Assembly (NCBI GenBank): GCA_963772455.1
Contig: CAVYXJ010000012.1
Span: 64,001-128,000 of the forward strand
From: Candidatus Bathyarchaeota archaeon
Lineage (GTDB): Archaea > Thermoproteota > Bathyarchaeia > Bathyarchaeales > Bathycorpusculaceae
Reading direction: 5' to 3'
DNA: 64,000 nt
This document shows, one piece after another, positions 21,975-32,111 of this stretch (its first letter is position 1; each line of letters opens with the position of its first letter). Under the pieces are notes generated by a model. That model ran no database searches. It had not been told where the DNA came from and saw only the letters and a list, made by a program, of their open reading frames with translations. The translations under genes and the position numbers were made by a program.

Positions 21975-23777
21975 ATGACTGCTACGCTAACGTTTTATGG
22001 TGGGGTCAATGAAATCGGCGGCAACAAAATACTCCTCCAAACAAATGATGGTTCTGTTCTCTTAGATTTTGGCCGCAGAATGGGTGAATATGGCAAGTTC
22101 TTTTCAGAGTTCCTTGTAGCACGTTCAAAGAATGCTTTGCGGGATATGCTTAGGTTGGAGATTCTGCCTAAAATCGATGGAATCTATACACCACACTTGG
22201 TCGATATGACTCTGCTATTTGAGAGCCAGCATGTTAACGAAAAAGTTCCACTAGACAAAGCGCTAGATTATTGGAAAACCATAGATGTTTCCCCCTGCAA
22301 TCCCGAGCAACCATTAATTGATGGCGTTTTCGTTTCGCATGCTCATTTTGACCATATCCAAGATGTTAGTTTTCTTGATCCATGTATCCCAATTTACTGT
22401 ACAGAAAAAACCAAAGTTTTGGCAAAAGCAATGACTGACGTCTCTGTCTCTGGAATCGACGACCAATATTACAAAATCGCCAAGAAAGTCACAATTAGAA
22501 GTAAAGAAGAAAGTTTTAAGACCCTCTGTCCAGGTGAATTCGCTTGTATTGAAGATAAAGAAACCGAGCACCCAGTCGTTGAAGATCCTAAAACTAAATT
22601 CAAGTTCACGTATGATATTGTACCCTTGATTAGAAAATTTAACATTGCTAATGAAGGACAGATAAAAGGCATCAAATACAAGTTAATTCCAGTCGGTCAC
22701 TCTGTTCCAGGTGCCTGTTCGGTCTTGCTAACCCTTCCAGAAGGTAAACGTGTCCTCTATACTGGGGACATAAGGTTTCATGGTGTATGTGAAGTTTCGA
22801 TGGATGAATATGTTCGCTCGATTGACGGTACTGTAGATATTTTAATAATTGAAGGAACTCGAGTTGGCTCAAATGAAGTATTGACTGAGACTGATGTCGG
22901 AAAAGAGATAAGTGCTGACATTGAACGCTCTGCAGGATTAGTTCTCATTAACTTCGGTTGGAAAGATCTCACGCGATTTAAGACCATCTATCAAGCCACA
23001 AAAGAAAACGGCAGGATATTAGTAATTTCTCCAAAGTTAGCGTATCTTCTTTACGAAATGCACACCAATTTCCCTGCTGAATACCCCGACCCAAGAACTC
23101 AAACAAACCTCAAAGTCTACGTGAAGCGTGAAGGAGATCTTCTTTATTCAAAAGCAGATTATGAAAAATACAAAATGGGTTACCTCCACTATCATGGAAG
23201 AAACATTGCTCAGTCAGATCTTAATATTGTTCGTGTTGCAGAAAGGTTGGGAGTTGGCGGTGACCCAAACAATCCCAAGAATCCATTGCCATCCACAAGT
23301 GATGGAGAATTATACGATTATAATGAACTATATGGGTTAGCTATCCACCATTTGGAGAACGGCGTTAGAGCTTATCAGATTAGGCAAACCCCCTCTGAAT
23401 TCGTTTTGATGTTTTCGTATTGGGATGCAAACGAGCTCTTTGACGTAATCCCCCATGTAAGCAATCATAAGACGAGCTTTATTTCTGCATCAACTGAACC
23501 CTTTAACGAAGAAATGGAAATAGATGAAACAAAAATGTTGAATTGGCTAGATTTCTTCGAAATTTCTTATGATTATGACTTCAACGAGAAAGGGCAAAAA
23601 CAATTTACAAGAAGGCATGTTTCAGGACACGCTTCTAAAACAGAACTCAAAGAACTTATAGAGAGAATTAATCCAGCAAAAATTATTCCAATCCACACTA
23701 CCAATCTCAACGTATTTCAAGAATTATTTGGAGACAAAATCATTTACCCCAAGTACGGTCAACTCATCGAAGTGTAG
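21975..23777 (+). CDS. Metallo-beta-lactamase/beta-CASP nuclease, RNase J-like
   Basis: GGVNEIGGN, SHAHFDH, GHSVPG, YTGDIRFHG, HVSGHA, IPIHT. Confidence 0.85.
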   Translation: MTATLTFYGGVNEIGGNKILLQTNDGSVLLDFGRRMGEYGKFFSEFLVARSKNALRDMLRLEILPKIDGIYTPHLVDMTLLFESQHVNEKVPLDKALDYWKTIDVSPCNPEQPLIDGVFVSHAHFDHIQDVSFLDPCIPIYCTEKTKVLAKAMTDVSVSGIDDQYYKIAKKVTIRSKEESFKTLCPGEFACIEDKETEHPVVEDPKTKFKFTYDIVPLIRKFNIANEGQIKGIKYKLIPVGHSVPGACSVLLTLPEGKRVLYTGDIRFHGVCEVSMDEYVRSIDGTVDILIIEGTRVGSNEVLTETDVGKEISADIERSAGLVLINFGWKDLTRFKTIYQATKENGRILVISPKLAYLLYEMHTNFPAEYPDPRTQTNLKVYVKREGDLLYSKADYEKYKMGYLHYHGRNIAQSDLNIVRVAERLGVGGDPNNPKNPLPSTSDGELYDYNELYGLAIHHLENGVRAYQIRQTPSEFVLMFSYWDANELFDVIPHVSNHKTSFISASTEPFNEEMEIDETKMLNWLDFFEISYDYDFNEKGQKQFTRRHVSGHASKTELKELIERINPAKIIPIHTTNLNVFQELFGDKIIYPKYGQLIEV

Positions 23778-23819
23778 CGTCATTTTAAAGCGATCTCAGA
23801 GTTTCTCTCAAAACGAAAA

Positions 23820-24410
23820 TTGTTTATAGTCAAACAAAACATATGGCAATATAGTGGTTTAATGGTTAGAAAAAAAGGTGCCATCGCTAAGAACGTAAAT
23901 TCAAAAGATGAGAATATTTCTGGAAATGAAGGAATTCTTGAAGACAAAATAATTTATGCAATATCTAACACCAGCATAATTCTAATGAGCATGATGATGG
24001 GTGCATTCACACAAGTAATTGGATCCACCATGGGCGCCATGGCTTCAGGTATGGCAGAAGCTATAGGTGGAAAAGAAGCATCAGACAAAGTTGATAAAGA
24101 AATAAAAAAGGAACAACCTGAACTTGACGCGAAAATGAAATCAATGATTTCTGAAATAAGAAAAGATATTTACTCACAAATGAAACAAAAAAAGAAAGAG
24201 TTAGAACAGATTTTTTCTGATCCAACGTTTGCAGTTGGACCAAAAATTATCGAAAAATATAACTTTAATTTACCAATGCTTACTCAAGAATTGGACGATA
24301 ATGCCTTATCTCAGTATTCACAAATGCTTGTCAGTGAAGATGAATGTTTTGTGAAAATGTTCAAGGAACTTACTGAATGGATTAATTCCCTTCCCAAATC
24401 TAATGAGTAG
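23820..24410 (+). CDS. Hypothetical helical protein (true start possibly 23862)
   Basis: Long ORF with Met/Gly/Ala-rich segment; no motif recognised. Confidence 0.6.
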   Translation: MFIVKQNIWQYSGLMVRKKGAIAKNVNSKDENISGNEGILEDKIIYAISNTSIILMSMMMGAFTQVIGSTMGAMASGMAEAIGGKEASDKVDKEIKKEQPELDAKMKSMISEIRKDIYSQMKQKKKELEQIFSDPTFAVGPKIIEKYNFNLPMLTQELDDNALSQYSQMLVSEDECFVKMFKELTEWINSLPKSNE

Positions 24411-24485
24411 GATAGTAGAAATATTCACTATGCCTACTGCGATGTAAGACTGTTTTAAACAACATTTTATAAGTAAAGTTAACTA

Positions 24486-24505
24486 CTCGCCTCGGAAGAG
24501 GCGAG
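24486..24505 (+). promoter_or_regulatory. Perfect 8-bp hairpin/inverted repeat covering the RBS of the DUF72 operon
   Basis: CTCGCCTC-GGAA-GAGGCGAG, ending 7 nt before the TTG start. Confidence 0.55.
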
Positions 24506-24512
24506 ATGTGAA

Positions 24513-25433
24513 TTGTTACGTTTGCCTGAATACCTCATTGGAACAGGCGGTTGGGCTTATTTTAAAGTACCAAACAAGCCCTCCCTCAAAGCCTACTCTG
24601 AAGTATTCAACTTTGTAGAAGTGAATTACACTTTCTATCAGTATCCCAATATACGATTGGTTGAAGGATGGCGAAAAATTGTCCCTAAAGATTTTACTTT
24701 TTCGGTTCGGTGTCACCAAGACTTAACTCATCGGATTGGCTTGAAAGCCGTTGATGAAGCGCATAAAGTTTTTGAACAAATGTTAACTTACTGCAGAATT
24801 CTGGATTCACCGTTTCTTGTTTTGGAAACGCCTGCCAGTTATGTCCTTGACAACAGTAGCTTAAACGATGCTAAGGATTTTTTTGCTTCAGTTAGTTTTG
24901 AAGGAGTTAAGGTTGTTTGGGAAATAAGAGCCCCAATAATTGAGCAAGCAGTCGAGTTAATGAAAGATTTTAACATTATTCATTGCATTGATATTTCTAT
25001 TAACAAACCAATTGAATGGTCAGACATAGGTTATGCGAGGATTTTCGGTCAAGGTAAGCATAACCTTTGGCAATTCACCGACGAAGAACTACAAACAATC
25101 AACAAAAATGCGTCCGAAAGCAAAGCCAAAGTAGTTGCGTTGTCTTTCCACAGTGCAAGAATGATTAAAGACACCTTAAGGTTTAATCAATTTAAACTAA
25201 CGGGCAATTTCCCACAAGTAACTCCTTTCACGGGTTTGGATTCTGTAAGATCAATACTTTGTGAGGATGCAATTTTTCCATCTTCAAAGCAGACTTTGAT
25301 AAGTGATCAGGGCTGGAAAGTGTACGATGAGTCTTCTGAGAAGAGAATTCATCTGTCAGTATTGCTCTCTAAATTACCTGAGAAAACTTACTCCTCAATA
25401 GACGAAGTCATCAGAGCATTGGAGTCAAAATAA
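24513..25433 (+). CDS. Divergent DUF72 (YecE-family) protein with C-terminal DUF2795-like domain
   Basis: IGTGGWAY, VEVNYTFY, LTHR, WEIR; tail FPSSKQTLI...LPEKTYSSIDEV. Confidence 0.8.
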   Translation: MLRLPEYLIGTGGWAYFKVPNKPSLKAYSEVFNFVEVNYTFYQYPNIRLVEGWRKIVPKDFTFSVRCHQDLTHRIGLKAVDEAHKVFEQMLTYCRILDSPFLVLETPASYVLDNSSLNDAKDFFASVSFEGVKVVWEIRAPIIEQAVELMKDFNIIHCIDISINKPIEWSDIGYARIFGQGKHNLWQFTDEELQTINKNASESKAKVVALSFHSARMIKDTLRFNQFKLTGNFPQVTPFTGLDSVRSILCEDAIFPSSKQTLISDQGWKVYDESSEKRIHLSVLLSKLPEKTYSSIDEVIRALESK

Positions 25434-26251
25434 TGAGCGAATCAAATATTCATCTGGGAACCTCGGGTTGGAGCTATAAAGAGTGGGAAGGACCTTTCTA
25501 TCGGAGAGGTGAAAAAAGAAAACTCCGTGTATACTCAGGCGTTTTCAAAATCGTAGAAATAGACTCTACTTTTTATCGTAACCCTTCTAAGGGGACGGTA
25601 TTGGGCTGGCTGAAATACTCGCCTCCCGACTTCATGTTTACTGCAAAAATGCCCAAATTAATAACGCATGACAAACGCCTAGGTTTGAAAACCGACATCA
25701 AATCTGATTTAGATACTTATTTTGATTTAATGCGTCCATTACAGCTTGGTGGTAAACTGGGTTGTTTTCTGATTCAACTGCCCCCAAAATGCGACTGCAA
25801 CTATGACAATCTTGAATCTTTTTTTGGCTTGCTAGATCCCATGTTTAGGTACGCAATTGAGTTTCGCAATCTCTCCTGGTTAAAGGATGAAACTTGGGAG
25901 TTACTAAAAAAATACGATATTGCCTACACTATTGTTGACGAACCTCTATTGCCCCCGGAAGTTCATTTGACAACTGACTTTACGTATTTCCGTTGGCACG
26001 GCAAGGGAGAGAATACCTGGTTTGATTACAATTACGCAACAGAAGAACTGGACAGTTGGGCTCCTAAAATCTTGCAAACAAGCAAAAATGTAAAGAATGT
26101 AGTTGGATTCTTCAACAACCACTATCATGGATATGCTCCAGAAAACTGCTTATATATGCTTGAAAAACTCGGATTGCTGTCAGAGAGTCAGAAAAAAGCA
26201 AAGGATAAATTAAAAGTAAAGCAAATGCATTTGGGATCTTTTTTCAGCTGA
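25433..26251 (+). CDS. DUF72 (YecE-family) protein with C-terminal PIP box
   Basis: GTSGWSY, VEIDSTFY, QLPP, EFRN, YFRWHG, FFNNH; ends QMHLGSFFS. Confidence 0.9.
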   Translation: MSESNIHLGTSGWSYKEWEGPFYRRGEKRKLRVYSGVFKIVEIDSTFYRNPSKGTVLGWLKYSPPDFMFTAKMPKLITHDKRLGLKTDIKSDLDTYFDLMRPLQLGGKLGCFLIQLPPKCDCNYDNLESFFGLLDPMFRYAIEFRNLSWLKDETWELLKKYDIAYTIVDEPLLPPEVHLTTDFTYFRWHGKGENTWFDYNYATEELDSWAPKILQTSKNVKNVVGFFNNHYHGYAPENCLYMLEKLGLLSESQKKAKDKLKVKQMHLGSFFS

Positions 26252-26380
26252 ATGCGAAGCCAAATATCGATTCGGAAACGTTAATACTTACAAAATTTTT
26301 GACAAAACAAATTTAACACTACCATGCATAAAGTGTTTTGACAACTCTTCCATTAAAAAGTTAGGTATTATTTTTATGGT

Positions 26381-26611
26381 CTAATGAGGCGGCAGCAAAT
26401 TCTTAGATACTATAAAATTGCCGATATCAAGTTGCAAATTCAAATTGTTCTGAGCTGTAAAATCAGCAAGAAGCTTGTATGCACTAACGTCAATTTCTTT
26501 TCTTTCAATATACAGAACAAGTCCGTCTTCAGAAGTGTCAAGCATTTTGAGATTAATGCCGCAGTTGGAAAGAATTTTTGTTTTGAATTTCATTGCTTCA
26601 GAAATATTCAT
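26381..26611 (-). CDS. Small hypothetical protein, probable paralog of 45044-45313
   Basis: N-terminus MNISEAMKFKTKILSNC matches MNKQEASTFLKTLLSEC. Confidence 0.65.
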   Translation of the reverse strand: MNISEAMKFKTKILSNCGINLKMLDTSEDGLVLYIERKEIDVSAYKLLADFTAQNNLNLQLDIGNFIVSKNLLPPH

Positions 26612-27006
26612 CGTAAATCATCTTCCAGACGGGCTGCATTAATGCTTGATTGAGTAATTGAACATTGCCATTAAAACATAATTATTGTAAGACAAAACAG
26701 AGAAACCTAATAGATTTATTGCATTATTTTATACTTACGATAATTAATCTAAACACAAAATCACTTGACTCTGATTAGTTGTTGAATAACCTTAATGGTT
26801 TTTTTAAAGTCTAAAGAATTAAGGTCAACATCAATTTTTAAAAATTATTCTGTGTAATGACTATAATTGTTATAATTATTGAGATTTAAGGTCTTCTTTT
26901 AGTTTAAATAAGTTTTTTAGGAGTTCAGTTGTATCAAACACCTAATAATGATAAGACTTAAAAGCAGTGGAAGGGAAATACCACTTACGCAACTGGAGAA
27001 CTGGCC

Positions 27007-27282
27007 TTGCAGTCTAAAAAATCAAAACTTGAACAGTATCTCGATGTCCTGAAAGTTTTAAGACATAACGGTCCATTAACACTTAATCAGATAATAAAAA
27101 AGGCGAGCCTCGAGAGCACCATTTTCAAAAATCATGTTGATTTTCTAATTAAACAAGGAATGATTGAAAAACAAGTTTTGAAATCAAACAATGTTGTTTT
27201 CTCAATCACTCAACGTGGTACAAATGTATTGGGGTATTTCAAAGATTTTGCTCAAATTCCACCTTTAATAGAAGACATTTGA
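27007..27282 (+). CDS. Winged-helix transcription regulator (archaeal HTH_45-like)
   Basis: KSKLEQYLDVL...FLIKQGMIE...ITQRG; paralog of 48092-48385. Confidence 0.8.
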   Translation: MQSKKSKLEQYLDVLKVLRHNGPLTLNQIIKKASLESTIFKNHVDFLIKQGMIEKQVLKSNNVVFSITQRGTNVLGYFKDFAQIPPLIEDI

Positions 27283-27368
27283 ATGCGAATCTTTAGCTCA
27301 AAAACAATTCGATACCATAGAAATGCAATTGCAGATAACCTTAAGAACACACAATTTCATTTTAAAGA

Positions 27369-28691
27369 ATGATGAAGACTCGATTTCTTGGATTCTCATT
27401 ATTTATAATATTGTTTTGTTCATTTTTACTAGGTGTCTTCCCTTCTGCAAGTGTTAAAGCCGAGACTATACCAGATGTCTTTGTAGGTATAGATCTAGCC
27501 TACGGTAATTTAGATCAGATTAAGCAGTGGGTTGATGAAGTAAGTTCGTACACTAACCTTTTTGTTTTGGGTTGCACTGGGGTCACTCAAAACAGGCTTG
27601 CGTTAGAAGAGGCATGTCAGTATCTTTTTGATAAAGGTATGTTTTTTATTGTTTACCAGGATTATCCTTTGGATTTTAGTTGGTTTTCAAAAGATCAATC
27701 GACTTGGCTATTAGAGGCTAAGGCTCGCTGGGGAAATCAATTCATGGGTTTTTACTATATGGATGAAGTTGGTGGGCGACAGTTAGATTTTGATCCTCAT
27801 TGGACAACTGTAAAAAAAGCAGATAACTACACTAACGCTAATACCATATTCAACAATAGGACAAGCCACGCGGTAGATTGGTTTAGAGATTCTTATGTTG
27901 GCGGAGAGAATGTTACTTTATTTATGTCAGATTATGCGTTTTACCATTTTGATTATCAGGCAGGATACGATGTGCTTTTAGCCCAATTTGGTTGGAACTA
28001 TAGCAGGCAGTTGAATGCTGCACTCTGCAGGGGTGCCGCAACAGCGCAAGAAAAAGAATGGGGAGTCATGATAACTTGGACATATCGGCAACCTCCGTAC
28101 ATAGAGTCCGGGCAAGAATTGTATAATGATCTTTTATTAGCCTATGATAGTGGAGCAAAATACATTTTGGTTTTCAACTCAAATAAAATGTATACAGACA
28201 ATATTCTAATGAAAGAACACTTAGATGCCTTAAAACAATTCTGGCAGTATTCTCAACATAACCCTCGAAAATCAAATCTAGTTAGCGATCGAACTGCTTA
28301 TGTTCTCCCTAAGGATTATGCGTACGGTTTTCGAGGTCCAGACGATAAGATTTGGGGATTATGGGAAGCTGACAATCTATCATCAACAATTAGCATTGAA
28401 CTTGGAAACTTAATTCAACAGTACAATTTCCAATTAGACATAGTCTACCAAGATGTTCTCGGACTTGGCAGAACCAACGAATACAAATCAATCATATATT
28501 CCAATATTTCATCTGTTTTGCCCCCAACTCCCCAAGGTACAACTTCAAAACAAAACACTGACGGAACTTCAACCCCCTACATTCTTTGCGTTTTAATAAT
28601 TATTTCAACAACTTTAGCAGTAGCAGTAGGTTCCAAACTTTATCTTAACAAATTAAACAAAAAAATTAATAAATTAGAAATTAGAAAATAA
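27369..28691 (+). CDS. Secreted, C-terminally membrane-anchored protein of unknown function (possibly glycoside-hydrolase-like)
   Basis: Signal peptide, GFYYMDEVGG, Pro/Thr linker, C-terminal TM helix and basic tail. Confidence 0.75.
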   Translation: MMKTRFLGFSLFIILFCSFLLGVFPSASVKAETIPDVFVGIDLAYGNLDQIKQWVDEVSSYTNLFVLGCTGVTQNRLALEEACQYLFDKGMFFIVYQDYPLDFSWFSKDQSTWLLEAKARWGNQFMGFYYMDEVGGRQLDFDPHWTTVKKADNYTNANTIFNNRTSHAVDWFRDSYVGGENVTLFMSDYAFYHFDYQAGYDVLLAQFGWNYSRQLNAALCRGAATAQEKEWGVMITWTYRQPPYIESGQELYNDLLLAYDSGAKYILVFNSNKMYTDNILMKEHLDALKQFWQYSQHNPRKSNLVSDRTAYVLPKDYAYGFRGPDDKIWGLWEADNLSSTISIELGNLIQQYNFQLDIVYQDVLGLGRTNEYKSIIYSNISSVLPPTPQGTTSKQNTDGTSTPYILCVLIIISTTLAVAVGSKLYLNKLNKKINKLEIRK

Positions 28692-28693
28692 TA

Positions 28694-30148
28694 TTAAATT
28701 TTCTTTCCTTGTTGCCACTTATTTTTTTTGGAAAATAGTATGGTTGTAGTGGCGATAATTACGAGGACTAATAGAATTATTATTGATGGAACTTCTGAAA
28801 TAGTTGGTGTAGGGGTTGGATTTGTAGTGGGTGTGATGCTGGGTGACGATGTTGCTGTGGGACTTGGGATATTGGTTGGTATTATGGTTGGATTTGGGGT
28901 TGGAAGAGTAATGGGGTTGGTGTAGGAGTAGGGTTAGGTGTTGGTGACGCTGTGGGCGCAATAGCTGATGTGAGTAGATAGATTTTTCCATCTAGGGCAC
29001 AGATGTAAAGATTATTTTGTTCATCTACTCCGAACGAAGAAATATTTAGACCAGTAGTAATTAACAAGGTATTCACAGGTGTAGATACTCCGTCGTATTG
29101 AAGTGCCCAAATCTTGCCTGACCCGTAATCACCATAAATATATTTTAAGTAAAGATTTGCCAAAGTAGACCCACGGTATACGTAACCACCCACAACTGCT
29201 ATACCTTCTGAATGAGTATACTCCCATACAGGTAATTCAAGACCAACTTGACTTCCACTAGAGTATGTTAGTGAGCCTTCCATAATGTTCCAACCATAAT
29301 TCTTTGAAATCCTAACTAGGTCAATTTCTTCCATTAAGTTTTGTCCCACATCTCCAACCCACAGATTTCCAGTTGTTGAATCGAAACTAAATCGCCAAGG
29401 ATTCCGGAACCCGTAGGCGTAGATCTCTTCTTGATAACCCAAATTATTGCCTACATAGGGATTGTCGGGCGGTATGCTATAATTTCGGTTTTGGGAGGAC
29501 GAATCAACGTTGATGCGCAAGATTTTGCCCAGAAGTGTTGAGCGATTCTGTCCGTTTCCAAATGGGTCTCCTCCTGAGCCTCCATCTCCTAGTCCAATGT
29601 ACAGGTAACCATCTGGACCAAATGCAATTTGTCCACCTTTGTGGTTTGAAAAAGGTTGATTCACTTCAAGCAAAACATTTTCACTACTAACAAGTGCCTG
29701 ATTTGGATTGTTTTGAGAAACTTGATATCTTGCAATTACTGTTCGCAGGGGATTATTGGTGACGTAGTCAACATAGAAAAAACCGTTCTGAGAGTAATTT
29801 GGGTGAAAAGCAAGACCAAGGAGCCCTTGTTCGCCACCAAAAACAACTTTATTGGTTATATTGAGAAAAACAGTTGAATCTGCAGCTGTCTGAGAGTTTT
29901 CAAATACTCGAATGATTCCTGGTTGCTCAATCACAAAAAGCCTATTTGTATTATCTCCTGAATTCACTATTCCCACGGGCTGGTTAAATGTCAAGTTTGG
30001 AAAAGCAATCTGAATCAAATAATTAGTGTCTATTTGTCCTAAACTCTTGGGAGCACTCCAAGAAAAAAAAGCAACCAATAGAAAACCCAATATCAATATT
30101 ATGGTACATGACATCGTTACGATTTTTCGTCGATTAATGTATTTTCAT
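28694..30148 (-). CDS. PQQ-dependent sugar (glucose/sorbosone) dehydrogenase family surface protein; frameshifts near 30139 and 28903
   Basis: GEQGLLGLAFHP, NHKGGQIAFGPDGYLY, GKILRI, YGFRNPWR; the corrected C-terminus reads PT-rich linker then ISEVPSIIILLVLVIIATTTILFSKK (PEF-CTERM-like anchor). Confidence 0.85.
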
Positions 30149-30342
30149 CCCTTAAATTTATCTCGATTACTTGGATTCACAACATACTAAAAATCAATTA
30201 ATTCATAGCCAAGTAAAATATAGTGTTCCAGAAACATAAAAAGATGTGTCCAACAGTTCAATACCTTTATAGGTTTTTGGGAAAGGTAAAAAAACAAGTC
30301 CTTCAACATAATGGAATTACTAAATAGAGATTTGAGTCCATT

Positions 30343-30468
30343 ATGCCACCGTATTGCTTTGGAAAATTCGTGTGCTCAGAAGGACAGAAATTGACATGTA
30401 AATATGCTGATTTATGCCAAATGAAACAAATCGCTTCTCAACAACAACTTATCCTAAGTTTGCATTAA
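30343..30468 (+). CDS. Small Cys-rich protein, 41 aa (not in ORF track)
   Basis: Hand translation MPPYCFGKFVCSEGQKLTCKYADLCQMKQIASQQQLILSLH; four Cys. Confidence 0.5.
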   Translation: MPPYCFGKFVCSEGQKLTCKYADLCQMKQIASQQQLILSLH

Positions 30469-30519
30469 ATAAAATAGTCAAATGACCAGATAAAGCAAAT
30501 TGCTTTTCAAACTAAATTA

Positions 30520-30780
30520 TTATTTTGACTTTAATTGTCTTTTTTGGAAAATAACAACTCTTTCTTTAAGTTTAACCTTGCAAGTGTAATTAGAAGATAA
30601 CCCTAATAGGTTTTGGACGCGAGTTCTATTTTTAGAGTTCTCCCAAAATACACGGTAGTTTAGGGCTGTTTTAGGCAATTGTAAACCCAATATATTATAG
30701 ATTTCTTGATTTTGTAAAGTAATGGTTTCTACACCTGAAGAACTTATCTGATCTAAAAGAGGCTGATTCTTGTTCATCAA
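30520..30780 (-). CDS. Hypothetical protein
   Basis: 86-aa ORF; no motif. Confidence 0.5.
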   Translation of the reverse strand: MMNKNQPLLDQISSSGVETITLQNQEIYNILGLQLPKTALNYRVFWENSKNRTRVQNLLGLSSNYTCKVKLKERVVIFQKRQLKSK

Positions 30781-31001
30781 TTATCACGTTCCAGTTATTG
30801 TCATCATTTCGTACGACGTAAGATTATGTTAAATAGATTTATGAATTTAAAATCCATAAAAATTGAAGACTGCTAATCTATTTCTGTATAATATTAATAT
30901 ACATTATTATTTTTGTAATGTAACAGAAGTCAAGATACTTTTAGAATCAAAATAATGGTCTTATATGTTCAGCAAGAGTTGAATCCTTGGAGAAGGAGAA
31001 A

Positions 31002-31151
31002 ATGGACATAAAAAGACAAAAAGATGATTTAAACGAAGATGTTGTTCTAGCTGAATTAGAGAAACTAAGTTCAAATTGGAGACTCTACAATCAGCAACCT
31101 ACTAAAGAACGAATAAAACTAATTGAACTAAGCCGTTTAACCCAAAAATAA
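31002..31151 (+). CDS. Small hypothetical protein, 49 aa (not in ORF track)
   Basis: MDIKRQKDDLNEDVVLAELEKLSSNWRLY...; GGAGAAGGAG RBS and upstream TTATAT. Confidence 0.5.
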   Translation: MDIKRQKDDLNEDVVLAELEKLSSNWRLYNQQPTKERIKLIELSRLTQK

Positions 31152-31315
31152 CTAGATTTCAGTATTCTTTTTTAAGATAGATTCTGTTTCACAAATCGAT
31201 ATGTCTGTGGTAAGAAATTGAAATTAATTTTTTCAATGTGAAGAAAAACGGGAAAAAACGATTGGTTACTGCCCCCTTATTTGATTCCCTGACCAAGTTC
31301 ATTTTCAATTAATAA

Positions 31316-31399
31316 TCAAATTAATATCCAAAGCAAGAACCCGAAAACTACGAAAACACCAATTAATCCTAAACCAAGTTTTACTTGATTGTATGCCAT
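31316..31399 (-). CDS. Single-TM micro-protein, 27 aa
   Basis: MAYNQVKLGLGLIGVFVVFGFLLWILI with AGGTGA RBS. Confidence 0.45.
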   Translation of the reverse strand: MAYNQVKLGLGLIGVFVVFGFLLWILI

Positions 31400-31450
31400 T
31401 TTTTCACCTACATCAACTTTGAATAATTCAAAATAAGACAGATTTCTGAC

Positions 31451-31663
31451 TTAAAGTGTGTCTCCGTTTCTTCTCCAACTGTTTGGGTTTTGATAATTTG
31501 CTCGAGGTCCTTCTTGCCTTATTGTGTCGTAGACTTTAAGAAATTCTTCGCTTGAAAGTTTCTTACGGTTTTGAATCTTGGTGATAACTTGAAGCGTTCC
31601 TTCATCTGGCATATTCGTGTTATGGGAAAGCTTCAAAGTTTCAATTAATCTTTCTTTAAACAT
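31451..31663 (-). CDS. Small hypothetical protein, 70 aa
   Basis: ATG at 31663 preceded by GGTGAG overlapping the upstream stop. Confidence 0.5.
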   Translation of the reverse strand: MFKERLIETLKLSHNTNMPDEGTLQVITKIQNRKKLSSEEFLKVYDTIRQEGPRANYQNPNSWRRNGDTL

Positions 31664-31667
31664 ATTC

Positions 31668-31859
31668 TCACCAATTATAACTTGGGCTTTCTTGACTGGA
31701 TGGTCTTTGAGCCATGGGCTTTTGTTGCAGCTTGGGTTTTGGAATTTCAATCCCCCAAGATTTTTTAAGTGCTGCTCGACATTTTTCAGCAAAGTCATCC
31801 TCAAGATTTTGGGGGATTTTTTGGGTTACCATTTTATTTTTCACATCATCATATTTCAA
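31668..31859 (-). CDS. Small hypothetical protein, 63 aa
   Basis: Abuts the downstream ORF in an operon-like arrangement. Confidence 0.45.
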   Translation of the reverse strand: MKYDDVKNKMVTQKIPQNLEDDFAEKCRAALKKSWGIEIPKPKLQQKPMAQRPSSQESPSYNW

Positions 31860-32111
31860 TTGAAAACAATAAAAGCAATATTTCTAGCGCGTGCATATAT
31901 CAAAAACGAAAATATTGTCGTCACAGTTACTTTCCCAAAGGTGATACGTTAGAATTTTTATGGGCAAAGAATTTTATTTAATTTTGGCAAGATTGTGATT
32001 GCTTATTGTCATCACATTTCCTTAAATCATTCTTGTTACAAAACTCAAAAAAGGATTTTTTATTCGCAACTTAAAACAGGAAATAGACGAAGCAAGAAAT
32101 CAAATCCATAA

